From the NCBI GenBank assembly GCA_964016885.1, contig OZ024747.1, positions 52,762,001 through 52,826,000 on the forward strand: DNA of 64,000 nucleotides. The letters run 5' to 3'. Position numbers and translations under genes: made by a program. Positions 51,653 through 64,000 of the stretch are shown here, piece by piece. The notes beneath the pieces are model-generated. The model worked only from the letters and a program-made list of their open reading frames with translations, ran no database searches and was not told the DNA's origin. Position 1 is the stretch's first letter. Each line of letters opens with the position of its first letter. The DNA is from Eledone cirrhosa (taxonomy: Eukaryota).

Positions 51653-52201
51653 TATATATATATATCATCATCATCATCATTTTAGGGGACGTATGATGAT
51701 ATATATATATATATATGATGATGATGATATATAGGTTGGGTTACAGAGTTATCTACATGTCTGTCTGTTATTTTACACAAGTGTGTTGTGGAGATTTAAA
51801 TCCTCTTTCTGTCTCTATCACCAGTGATTCTCTTATCCATGCATAACTTTGTGGTTAAGTTATTGGACTTACAAAAACCTGATGTTGTGAGTTGATGACA
51901 AGTTGTGTTCTTGAGCAATACATTCCATGTAACCTTACTCAGATCCACTCTGATGAAAATTAATACCAGCTATAGCCTGGTGTTAACCCTGCAATTGGTT
52001 GGTCTCCTGTCCCTGAGACAGTCTTGTATTCTCAGTCACTTAATGCCAGTGAATATATATATATATATATATGGTGAGTGAAGAGATGCTGTCCTGAAAA
52101 GGACCTGTCCAACTCATGCATGGAAAAATAGTCATAAAAATAATGATGAAAAACTATATAAGAACCTTCGTTTTCAATTTGTATTAATTATATATATATA
52201 T

Positions 52202-52532
52202 GGAGGCACATGGCTTAGTGATTAGAGCATTGGCCTTGCAATCGAAAGGTTGAGTTCAATTCTCAGACTGGGTAATGTGTAGTTTCTTGAGCAAGACACT
52301 TTATTTCACATTGCTCCAGTTTACTCAGCTGTAGAAATGAGATGATAGGGACAGCGGTCCCTATCATTCCACTGCAAAGTGGTTGTGGAGGTTCCACGGC
52401 AAAAAAAGCACCCTGCACTCACTGTAAATGAGGTTGGTGTTAGGAAGAGCATCCAGCTGTAGAAATCAAGCCAGAATCAGTTCCCGTCCCACCCTTGCAA
52501 GCAGGGAAAAAGCGACGTAAAATGGTCATGAT
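52202..52532 (+). mobile_element. Full-length SINE S2 (tRNA head, V-like central domain, RTE-derived tail)
   Basis: A-box TGGCTTAGTGA, B-box GAGTTCAATTCT, TTCTTGAGCAAGACACTTTA; 3' end matches the RTE fragment at 59491-59545. Confidence 0.82.
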
Positions 52533-52568
<36 letters not shown>

Positions 52569-52600
52569 ATATAGGAAAATTGAATTAGATCTCACCATAA

Positions 52601-53010
52601 CTTTGACTAATAATTGTTTCTACTTTTTGGCACAAGGCCACCAATTATCCCAGTGTATTACTGGTACTTTATTTTATGAACCCCGTAAGGATGAAAGGCA
52701 AAGTTAACCTCGGCGGGATTTGAACTCAGTCCGTAAAGGGACGTAACTGTGCTACAAAGTATGGCGTCCAACCCTCTACTGATACTGTCAATCCACTTTG
52801 ACTAATAATTGTTTCTACTTTTGGCACAAGGCCAGCAATTATCCCAATGTATTACAGGTACTTTATTTTATCGACCCCGTAAAGTTGAAAGGCAAAGTTA
52901 ACCTCGGCGAGATTTGAACTCAGATCATAAAGGGCCGTAACTCTATGTTGCAAGGCATGGCATCCGACCCTCTACCGATACTGCCAATCCACAGCCCTTT
53001 GACTAATAAT
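52601..53010 (-). mobile_element. Tandem dimer of SINE S1
   Basis: Two copies separated and flanked by CTTTGACTAATAAT (52601, 52796, 52997). Confidence 0.85.
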
Positions 53011-53176
53011 AGCGGGATATATAAACTGATTGAAGGGAACAAGATGGGCATCACCACACATTGGGAGGTGATGCCCGCCTTGTTCCCTTCAGTGGCTTTA
53101 TATCCCCTGTTATTATTACACTATTTAATTTACTCAAAGTTATGAGATATTCTTATTCAATTTTCAAATTCCGCTC
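53004..53176. repeat. Fold-back palindrome 53004-53118 plus tail
   Basis: TGAAGGGAACAAG..GGGCATCACC / GGTGATGCCC..CTTGTTCCCTTCA; outer TAATAATAGCGGGATAT/ATATCCCCTGTTATTATTA. Confidence 0.85.
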
Positions 53177-53217
53177 TTAATTTTCTAAACATAGGTTTAT
53201 ATGTGTTTGTGTGTGTG

Positions 53218-53313
<96 letters not shown>

Positions 53314-53894
53314 CATATATTTGTTTTACATATGTATGGCCAGATTTAGACCTAGGATGATTCTGGGGCATTCAGTCTTAGGGGAGAGGTGTCATTCCCA
53401 AAATAAATTAGAATGCACAGCAAACCCCCAATTTTATATAACAAAGCTGGCTGGCACAATTATTTGAAATTGAAAAGATGTACATATAGGTATTAAATTT
53501 TAAAAAATCTAACCATCCTCATTTTATGTCTACTTTCCACACTGGCATGTATTGGACAGGTTATCACAGTCCGAGATCAGACATATCGGAGAGGCCTCAT
53601 CTAACTCATACATTACATATTTGGCATGGTTTCTATGGCTGGATGCCTTGTGTAACATAACCACTTTACAGTGTTTTTTTTTGTGATACCAGCACAACCG
53701 CTTTACACATCTACATCAAATACTTTTTATTAGAATATTGTTCTGATAACAATTTGAAGTCTCCAAAGTTGAGAAAATATGATGAATTTTGCCAAAGTAG
53801 GGACTTTAAATACTTTTTGTTAAAAATATAGTTCCCGTTGTCAAAGGTATAAAAGTAAAAAGCCCAGCTCAAGGCTCAAATAAAATGCCCGACC

Positions 53895-53934
<40 letters not shown>

Positions 53935-54148
53935 GCAGTGCCCCAGCATGGTCTCAGCTGGATGGCTGAAACAGGTAAAAGAGTAAGAGTATATATATAT
54001 AATGAAAAATTGAATATATATATATATATAGTAATAATAAATGTAAAGACTAAAATCCGATGAGGGCTCAATAAGAATTATAGATATATATATAAAATAT
54101 ATATATAAAAAAGCCATAGGGCTAATATTTATTATATGTACAGATTAA

Positions 54149-54189
<41 letters not shown>

Positions 54190-54509
54190 CATTGTGCTGT
54201 CATACGTACACCTAGTACATCACTCTGTAAATTGTTTGTGCACCTGCCATAATAAGCTGCACCAACTGCCCTCAATAAAGTATTACTGTTGATACCACAA
54301 CATAATGTACCCAGTACATTCTGTAAAGTGTTAATGCTGATGCCATGATTATGCACCCAATGTACTCTGTAATGTGGTTTGCATTAGGAAGGGCATTCAG
54401 TTATAGAAACCATACCAAATATGTATTTTATGTGCAAGTGAAAGTCTCTGCTATCTGTCTTGTCTATAACAATCCACCCAACAGATGCTAACATGGAAAA
54501 CACATCATA

Positions 54510-55125
54510 AAATAATTGTTTCTACTTTTGGCACAAGGTCAGCTATTACTCCAGTGTATTACTGGTACTTTATTTTATCGACGACCCCGTAAGGATGAAA
54601 GGCAAAGCTAACCTCGGCGGGATTTGAACTCAGAATGGCAAGGGCCGTAACTCTATGCGTCAAAGCATGCCGTCCGACCATCTACCGATATAAAATAACT
54701 GTTTCTACTTTTGGCACAAGGCCAGCAATTACCCAGTACATTACTGGTACTTTATTTTATCGACCCCGTAAGGATGAAAGGCAAAGCTAACCTCGGCGGG
54801 ATTTGAACTCAGAATGGCAAGGGCCGTAACTCTATGCGTCAAAGCATGGCGTCCGACCCTCTACCGATATAAAATAATAGTGATGATTTCTATGTATAGG
54901 TTGGTTACATGTGTGTCAGAGTGTATTATTTTATACAAAGGGCGGTGGATTGGCAGTATCGGTAGAGGGTCGGACACCATGCTTTCCAGCATACTTACGT
55001 CCCTTTATGATCTGAGTTCAAATCCCGCCGAGGTTGACTTTGCCTTTCATCCTTACGGGGGTCGATAAAATAAAGTACCAGTAATGCACTGGGTAATTGC
55101 TGGCCTTGTGCCTAAAGTAGAAACA
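54510..55125. mobile_element. SINE S1 cluster: tandem pair on minus (54510-54690, 54693-54870) and a full copy on plus (54940-55125)
   Basis: Plus copy has TSD ATTATTTTATACA at 54925-54937 and 55126-55138. Confidence 0.85.
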
Positions 55126-55269
55126 ATTATTTTATACATTTGTGTGGGACTGTACAGATGCACACATGCCCTGACCTGCCTGGGAGATCAATGTCTCCAT
55201 TTCAGTACTGACTTGGTCTATATAGACCCGTTCAACCCTTGCTTACAGAGAAAGCAAACATTAAAACAA

Positions 55270-55720
55270 CAATGTGTGTATATATATTGTTTTATACATA
55301 CATGTGTATATATGTATATATAGTGTTTTATGAATGTGTGGATATATATTGTTTTATACATGTGGATATATATTGTTTTATACATACATGTGTATATATA
55401 TATGTATATAGTGTTTTATACATACATGTGTATATATGTATATAGTGTTTTATACATGTGAGGATATATATTGTTTTATACATACATGTGTATATATATG
55501 TATATAGTGTTTTATACATACATGTGCATATATGTATATAGTGTTTTATACATGTGTGGATATGTATTGTTTTATATAAATTTGTATATATATGTATATA
55601 GTGTTTTATACATGTGTGGATATATATTTTTTTATACATACATGTGTGTATATGTAAATAGTGTTTTATACATGTGTGGATATATATTGTTTTATACATA
55701 CATGTGTATATATGTATAAA
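55270..55720. repeat. ~30-36 bp tandem repeat
   Basis: Recurring TGTTTTATACATACATGTG. Confidence 0.85.
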
Positions 55721-56180
55721 ACCTGATGATGTGTATCAGTGTGTGTAGTTTTATACATGTGAATGTACTATTTATTAATTCAATTTAAACGTCCGTATAG
55801 AGCTAGTAAGCCATGACAGACTAGGGAAAGTATCAAGTACTCCTTACAATGGTAATCAAAAAGACCCAGTGAGAGAAGTAATAAAAAGAAAACTACATGT
55901 GTGTCAGTGTGTATAATTTTATACATGTGAATGTATTGGTTTATACATGAGATTGTATATATTGTTCTATATTGTTTTACATGCGTGTAGAGTTGAATTG
56001 CTATATATATATATATCAATGTATTGGTAGGCTAACTGATTTATCTGTATGTGTGTGTAATGATTTATACATGTGTGTGTATATATTGAATTATGCATGT
56101 GCTCTCTAGTTATTTTTATGTCATATATATATACACACTATATATATACATATATATAAATATATATACATACATATACA

Positions 56181-56211
<31 letters not shown>

Positions 56212-56363
56212 TAAAATAACAGTTAAAGTTTAAGCAAAGAATTGCTGCTTTCATTTATCCTTATCGAGACCTCTTTGGATTTTAGCCTTCACATTTATTA
56301 TTACTACTATATATATATATATATATATACATATCTATCTATATATATATATATATATACATA

Positions 56364-56400
<37 letters not shown>

Positions 56401-56992
56401 CTATATATATATATACATATCTATATATATATATACATATCTCTATATATATATGTATATATATATACATATCTATATATACATATCTCTATATATATAT
56501 GTGTATATATATACATATCTATATATCTATTTATATCTATTTATATATATATGTGTGTATATATATACATATCTATATATCTATTTATATGTATATATGT
56601 GTATATATATACATATCTATTTATATCTATTTATATATATATGTGTATATATATATACATATCTATATATCTATTTATATCTATTTATATATATATGTGT
56701 ATATATATACATATCTATATATCTATTCATATATATATGTGTATATATATACATATCTATATATCTATTTATATATATGTGTATATATATACATATCTAT
56801 ATATCTATTTATATATATATGTGTATATATATACATATCTATATATCTATTTATATATATATGTGTATATATATACATATCTATATATCTATTATATATA
56901 TATCTGTATATATATACATATCTATATATCTATTTATATATATCTATATATATGTATATATGCATACATATATACATATCTATATATCTATT

Positions 56993-57024
<32 letters not shown>

Positions 57025-57028
57025 TATA

Positions 57029-57388
57029 GGTGTTATGGTACAAGTAAATTGCACCCGTAGGTGGTATGCTGGATGAGCACTTGATGTTCTTAGGGAGCAG
57101 TGTATCAATAGTATTAATATATTAGGGAACAAAGAATCAGTGTTACATAATATACATATTTAATTACATATTACATATGTTACATATGTTTCATTGTCGG
57201 TCAGCTCAAGGAACGATCGAATAATGTTTGTTCCTGACTTTGGAATTGGGAGCTCCTCAGATGTTTTATAGTCAGGTTTGATCATTAATAGATCATTCCT
57301 CGAGCTGACTGACAGTGAAACATATGTAATATGTAATTAAATATGTATATGATGCAACACTGATTCTTTGTTCCCTTATATATTAATA
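57029..57388. repeat. Diverged fold-back palindrome 57112-57388 plus ~83-nt tail
   Basis: AGGGAACAAAGAATCAGTGTT ... AACACTGATTCTTTGTTCCCT; inner CCTGACT/AGTCAGG. Confidence 0.88.
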
Positions 57389-57422
<34 letters not shown>

Positions 57423-58549
57423 TGTGCGTATCAGGCAGAGCATCTGGTTTAAAGACACTGAGTAAAAAATATGTACCATGTCAGCCATGTTGTCACTATA
57501 TATTATGACGACAATAATGATGATGATGACCAAGACATATATGTGCATATGACTGCCTGTGTGTATGTGTGTGCCTGTGTGTGTGTGTGTCTGTGTGTAT
57601 GTGTGTGTCTGTGCCTGTGTGTATGTGTGTGCTTGTGTGTGCATTTAATCATTTATTTACTTGTTATAATGGACTATCATTACGGTGAATATTTTTCTGG
57701 GATGTCATACATACTGTCTGATATATAAATAAAATTGTTTCATTAATTTGTATCACTCTTACCTAGCGTTAGTCATATTTTATTGATTTTTATTGAGACC
57801 TAGTGGTAAGGGTGTTGGACTTACGATCATAATATCATGGACTCGATTCCTGGGATGTGTGTTGTGTTCTTTAGTGAAACACTTCAGTTCACGTTGCTCC
57901 AGTATACTCAACTGAAAATGAATACCAGCAATAACTGGGATATTTGACCCTGTGATGTACTCTCAGTCGCTACTCACCATGAAAATCAGGTTAAGCACTG
58001 GCCTGATGAACTTTCATGCTGGAGACTGTCTGTGTTTCAGTTAAATTTGAAAATAGCCAAATATTTGGAGGAATTTAATAGAATAAGCAAGTTTTTATTT
58101 TATTTATAAGCTGGCATTTACAATATTACTAAACAAAGATTATGATGGATGTGTTTATTATAAAGATAAACATTTTAAAATGAACAGTTTTGTATCATAA
58201 AACTAAGGCAATTTCAAGTATTTTGATATCAAAACTGTTTATACCTATCTAAATATCTTCCATCATAATTTAATGTAAAAACCTGTCTTAAGTTATGTTC
58301 CAAACACCGGTTTAATAACATGACATTTAGTTGTCATATTACTAAATCCCCACAAATTCTTGATTGTTTTCAAAACTATTTGAAAATCATAGGCAGTGTT
58401 TTTCATTAGAAATATATTAATGATAGTTATGGATCAATTTGGGACCATGGTGACATAAATTCCATTACTCCACTACTGGTCCCATGTCACTGTGCCTTCA
58501 AGACTATGTTAATGTAGAGTCCCCACCTTCATGTATTTATCTATCTCTG

Positions 58550-58915
58550 GCTGCTGTAGTTGTGGTAGAGTAGTAACAACTGTAGTTGTGGTATAGGAGT
58601 CACAACTGCAGTTGTGGTGCAGCACCCACTGCAGTTGTGGTATAGCCCCAACTGTAGTTGGTGCTATACCACAACTGTAGTTGTGGTAGAGGTGTAACAA
58701 CTGCAGTTGTGGTGCAGCACCCACTGCAGTTGTGGTGTAGTACCAACTACAGTTATTGTGTAGCACCAACTGTAGTTGGTGCTATACCACAACTGTAGTT
58801 GTGGTATAGCATCAACTGTAGTTGGGGTATAACACCAACTGCAGTTGTGATGCAGTATTAACTGCAGTTGTGATGTAGCACCAACTGCAGTTGTGATGCA
58901 GCACCAACTGCAGTT
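58550..58915. repeat. ~21-24 bp tandem repeat with palindromic core
   Basis: CAACTG(C/T)AGTTGTGGT units. Confidence 0.9.
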
Positions 58916-59189
58916 TTAATATGAAGTCTACTGCTGTGTAGCTGCAATAGATAAAACATATTTCTTCAAAAACCATTAGTTCTCCCTCTTTTTCTCCATT
59001 TCTCCCCACCCACACTCTCTCTCCCTTTATCTGCATGCGTGTGTGTGTACTTATGAATATAAATTTAAACATGTGCATTCTAATAACATTCTGACTATAT
59101 ATATATTGTATATATAGCCAAACACATACACACATGTGTTTGTGTGATATGTATCTCCATTATCATAATCTATATATGACAGATTGCAC

Positions 59190-60290
59190 ACTAGTGACCA
59201 CTACACGATATAATTGATGGGACACTTCTGACCGCTACATGATATAATAGATAGGACACTACTGTCCACCACTGATCACTACATGATATAATAGATAGAT
59301 TACTGTCCACACTGGTCACTACATGACATAATAGATAGGACATTACTGTCCACTAGTGGTCACTACATGATATAATAGATAGGACATTACTGTCCACTAG
59401 TGGTCACTACATGATATAATAGGACATTACTGTCCACTAGTGGTCACTACATGATATAATAAATAGCACACTACTGTCCACTAGTGGTCATCATCATCAT
59501 CATCATTTTACGTCCGCTATTCCCTGCTTGCCAGGGTGGGACGGGTCCTATTTAGCACAGCATCTCTCCATTTGTCACGGTCCTTCGTCATCTCCTCGGT
59601 GAGTTTCAGCGATCTGAGGTCTGTTCTCACCACCTCGACCCATGGTCACTACATGATATAATAGATAGGACACTACTGGTCACTACATGATATAATAGAT
59701 AGGACACTACTGATCACTACATGATATAATAGATAGGACACTACTGGTCACTACATGATATAATAGATAGGACACTACTGGTTACTACATGATATAATAG
59801 ATAGGACACTACTGGTCACTACATGATAAGATAGGACACTACTGATCACTACATGATATAATAGATAGGACACTACTGGTTACTACATGATATAATAGAT
59901 AGGACACTACTGGTCACTACATGATAAGATAGGACACTACTGATCACTACATGATATAATAGATAGGACACTACTGGTCACTACATGATATAATAGATAG
60001 GACACTACTGGTCACTACATGATATAATAGATAGGACACTACTGGACACTACATGATATAATAGATAGGACACTACTGGACACTACATGATATAATAGAT
60101 AGGACACTACTGGTCACTACATGATATAATAGATAGGACACTACTGGACACTACATGATATAATAGATTGGACACTACATGATATAATAGATAGGACACT
60201 ACTGGTCACTACATGATATGATAAGACACTACTGGTCACTACATGATATAATAGATAGGACACTACTGGTCACTACTGGTCACTACTTCA
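59190..60290. repeat. Minisatellite with ~44-bp units on the left and 34-bp units on the right
   Basis: CTACATGATATAATAGATAGGACACTACTGGTCA. Confidence 0.95.
59491..59642 (-). mobile_element. 5'-truncated RTE-clade LINE 3' end
   Basis: 59642-59517 translates WVEVVRTDLRSLKLTEEMTKDRDKWRDAVLNRTRPTLASRE*, resembling the RTE ORF C-terminus; (ATG)n tail; TSD TGGTCA at 59485-59490 and 59643-59648. Confidence 0.82.
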
Positions 60291-60920
60291 TCAGTATGGA
60301 GGACACTTTACTGCATAAATCATTTCATTATCCAGGTTGCTCAACTCATAGTGTATGTATGTGTTCATAGTGTATGTATGTGTGGATAGTATAGATAGTG
60401 TATGTATGTGTTCATAGTGTATGTATGTGTGCATAGTGTTTGTATGTGTTCATAGTGTGTGTGTGCATGTTTGTATGCATATATGTATGTTTGAGAATGT
60501 CTCCACTTATGTATGTGTCTGTGTGTTTGTTTCTGCACTAATAGAACACAATAGCATATGGCTGACTCGGAAATTATTCTGGACATATCAGGGGTTTTTC
60601 TTTTTTCACCCTTTTACTTTGTCTTCTCCCCTCCTTCCCCTCTCTCTCCCTCTCTCCATCTCTCTCTCCCTCTCTCTCTCTCCATCTCTCTCTCCCTCTC
60701 TCTCTCTCTCTCCCTCTCTCTCTCTCCATCTCTCTCTCTCTCCTCATATATATGTTCTTATTTTTCACATTTTCCACCTTTCCACATGTGTAAGCATATA
60801 TATTTATATATATTACTCTCTAAAAATATTATTTTTCCTCCCTTTTCTCCTCCCCCCATCTTTTTTTAAAATGTCTTTCCACCACTCCCCCACACACCCT
60901 CAAAACTCTCTTCCTAGCCA

Positions 60921-60960
60921 CTGTTCTCCTAATGAAGGGCTTATGCCCGAAACGTCCCCC
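60921..60960 (+). ncRNA. Family E hammerhead motif with G5>A mutation (within repeat ~60830-61050)
   Basis: CTAATGA-A-GGGC-TTAT-GCCC-GAAACGTC; homologous to 46195-46330 (minus). Confidence 0.6.
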
Positions 60961-62086
60961 TCCCACCCCCCACTCTCAAGCGTGAAACTAAATACCATAT
61001 CATTTGTACTGCCTCTCTGTTTTTTGTTCTCTGTTCATTTATTAAACTATATATATATATGCTGGTTGTAGAACTATCAATGTCTTCTTCCTAGTAGGGA
61101 CAACTAGAGTAATTGTTAGTGACCAGTAAACCATCTATACTTGGTATTTGTAAGTCTTGAACAGACCCTTGCCCAGGGTACCACATACTCTGGTGGTCAG
61201 TAAAAAATGTAAAAAAAAAAGTTTAGTTTGTTCAAAGCCTCAAGTGTCAACAGGCCAGAGTTTATCATGGTCTCCATCGTATTAAGAGACTGAGAGTACA
61301 ATACTCCCCCTCCATCTTGCTAATACTCATTTTCAGCTGAATGAACTGGAGCAATATGAAATGAAAAGTGTTGCTCAAGAATACAACACAACAACCTCGT
61401 CAAGAAATCAAACTGATGACTTTATGATCATAAAGTCAACACGATAAACACCTGGCCATGTGTCATAACTAGAGTTGGATAACTGAGTACATGCAGGCCA
61501 GGTAGAAGGGTGCCATCAGCAAGGGGAGATTATTCAGTGAGGAATTTAATTACTAGTTAGTCAAGGTGCTACTATTAAAATCAACTAGGTAGCTGCCTAG
61601 GGCACAGTCTTCTGAGAGGTGCATTAATTAAGGGACCTCAAAAGACCAGTTTTATACAAACTTGGGTAACTAAATTAAGTAATATAACAACTTAAATAAT
61701 ATTCTATTTAACAAGTTTGCCATGTAGTAGCTTCCTAGGAATATCTGAAGCAGAGGAGAGGGTCATAAAACGTATCACATAATTTCAATGAGGGTCAATG
61801 AGGACTGTGTAGATGAAAATGCAGGCTAAGTAATTTTCTTAGTACGGTCTGAGAAAGAGGTATCAAAAACTAGGTTTGTAAGAATTAGAGTATAACTGCA
61901 GTTTGAACAGTACCTTGTGTGTGAAATTTGGCAGAAAAAAACTGTGCAAGCCCTTCATATATATGTACATATGCATATATTTGTGTGTGTCTGTGTTTAC
62001 ATCTACTCTCTATTTATGTTCCATGACTTAGCAGTTCAGCAGAAAAATCGATAAAATAAATGTCAAACAGAAAAAATATATATATA

Positions 62087-62146
<60 letters not shown>

Positions 62147-62150
62147 GAAT

Positions 62151-62203
62151 ATGATTTCCTTTGAATGAAACGGTTCTAGTCCTGTAGAAGCCATTTTTAA
62201 ATT

Positions 62204-62209
<6 letters not shown>
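62151..62209 (+). mobile_element. Family A fragment
   Basis: ATGATTTCCTTTGAATGAAACGGTTCTAGTCCTGTAGAAGCCATTT. Confidence 0.7.
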
Positions 62210-62234
<25 letters not shown>

Positions 62235-62799
62235 TGTATGTATGTCTATGTAAATGTATATATGTATATATGTGTGTGTGTGTCTAGCTGTATTTTACCT
62301 TTCTGTCTGTTTCTAAACCTATGTCCTGTAACTTGGCTGTTCAACATAAAGGAATCAATAAAATAAGTATCTTAAAATAAAACATACTGGGCTTTATATG
62401 ATTGATTAAATAAATCCCTTTAAGGTGGTGCCCCAGCATGGCCACAGTTAAATGACTAAAACCATTAAAAGAATATTATATTGTATTTTATGTAGTTTGT
62501 TTTTTTTCTTGACCCACTTTTTGAGATTTATCTTCGTCTTTTGTTGTTTTTTCACATATTTTGGGGATCTCAAGAGGCAGAAAATGGAGAAGTTGTGACG
62601 TTGATGTTTCCCTTTGAAATTAGTTATGATTTGTGGGGTGTCTTTATTTCTTTTAAAATATAATAAGTCCTATCCCCTACACACTCCACACACACACACT
62701 CATGCCACCTCCAACAACCACTATTATAAACACAAACATATTTATATGTATGTATATGTGTGTGTGTATGTATATGTGAATTTATGCCTGTATTCATTT

Positions 62800-62842
<43 letters not shown>

Positions 62843-62858
62843 ATTGTATAATTCTTTG

Positions 62859-62891
<33 letters not shown>

Positions 62892-63684
62892 TTATACACA
62901 CACATGCACATGTATGTATATATATATATACAGAGAGAGAGAGAGGGGGGAATAAGGGGGCGCAGTATTCCATGTAGTAATAGTAGTGGTGTGGGGGAGG
63001 AAGTAATAGAGAGGTAAAAATATGGTGGTAGTAGTAGTAGTAGACAATATCCAACTATGTCCTGTCCACTACCCCCTCCCCCCAATCAACCCCACCACCA
63101 CCACCATCACAGCTCCAATCCACCACCACCACCACAGCTCCAATCCACCACCGCCACCTCCTCCACTGATAACTTCTCTTATGTGAAATTCTTTCAGTTT
63201 AATTTTCTGTAAATTTTGTTATATATATATATATTTATTTATGTATATATTTATTTATGTTGTTTTTTCTTTATTTTTTGCTGACATATTTTTGTCTTTA
63301 TGATGCAGGAAGTGTTAGTTCAAAGTGGACCCTAAGAAAGAGACAAAAGAAACCCCCACCCTACCTCTTTTCTCTTTTCTACTACTCACTCCATCCCTCT
63401 TTTACCTATCACCTACTCCTTCTTATTTCCCCCTCAAACCAGCTACTACTACTACTACCACCACTGCTGTCCCACCACCACTACCCTTCCTGGCACCAGC
63501 AATATTATTATTATCTGGACTTATACTTTACACACACACACGTATATATATCTATGCATACATACACTACATAAACACACACATGTATAAATTCACTCTC
63601 AAGCATGAACCTAATACTAACACTTTGTACTACACTCTTCGTTATTGTTTTTGTTTTCTGTTGTAACACACACACACACACACA

Positions 63685-63734
<50 letters not shown>

Positions 63735-64000
63735 GATTTATTTATTTATATATACATACACACACACATATAACCCCCTTCTCCCACAGCTCCCTACCTC
63801 CTTAATACAGTGACTAGAGGGAGTGAAGGAAATTTGTGATTGCTCTGATGTAGTGGTAGTAAGTGAGAGATAGATATGTTTCTTTATTAGCCACAGGGGC
63901 AAATACAAAGAAGGGGACAAATACAAAGGGGGAAGATAGATAGGTAGGTAGGTAGGTAGATAACTTTAGATAGATAGGTAGATAGGTAGGTAGGTAGATA

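Overview
Extremely AT-rich eukaryotic DNA, most likely intergenic or intronic sequence from a cephalopod (Octopus-like); this is inferred from the long (TA)n/(CA)n tracts and the SINE and RTE repeat types. No convincing protein-coding gene is present, and almost all ORFs in the track are (TA)n translation artefacts (IYIY...). Between the microsatellites lie two tRNA-derived SINE families, RTE-LINE 3' ends, small DNA-transposon MITEs and several minisatellites. The main hidden signal is about 25 short (roughly 50-450 bp) non-coding islands, mostly inside (TA)n tracts. Many are built as arm/inverted-arm fold-back palindromes plus a one-sided 35-90 nt tail. Several unrelated families of these islands carry type I hammerhead ribozyme motifs (CUGANGA...GAAA, NUH site, often a palindromic loop III), with compensatory base changes between copies. 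I interpret them as solo inverted pseudo-LTRs or non-autonomous derivatives of Penelope-like retroelements that target (TA)n. Catalytic activity and mobility are inferred, not shown.
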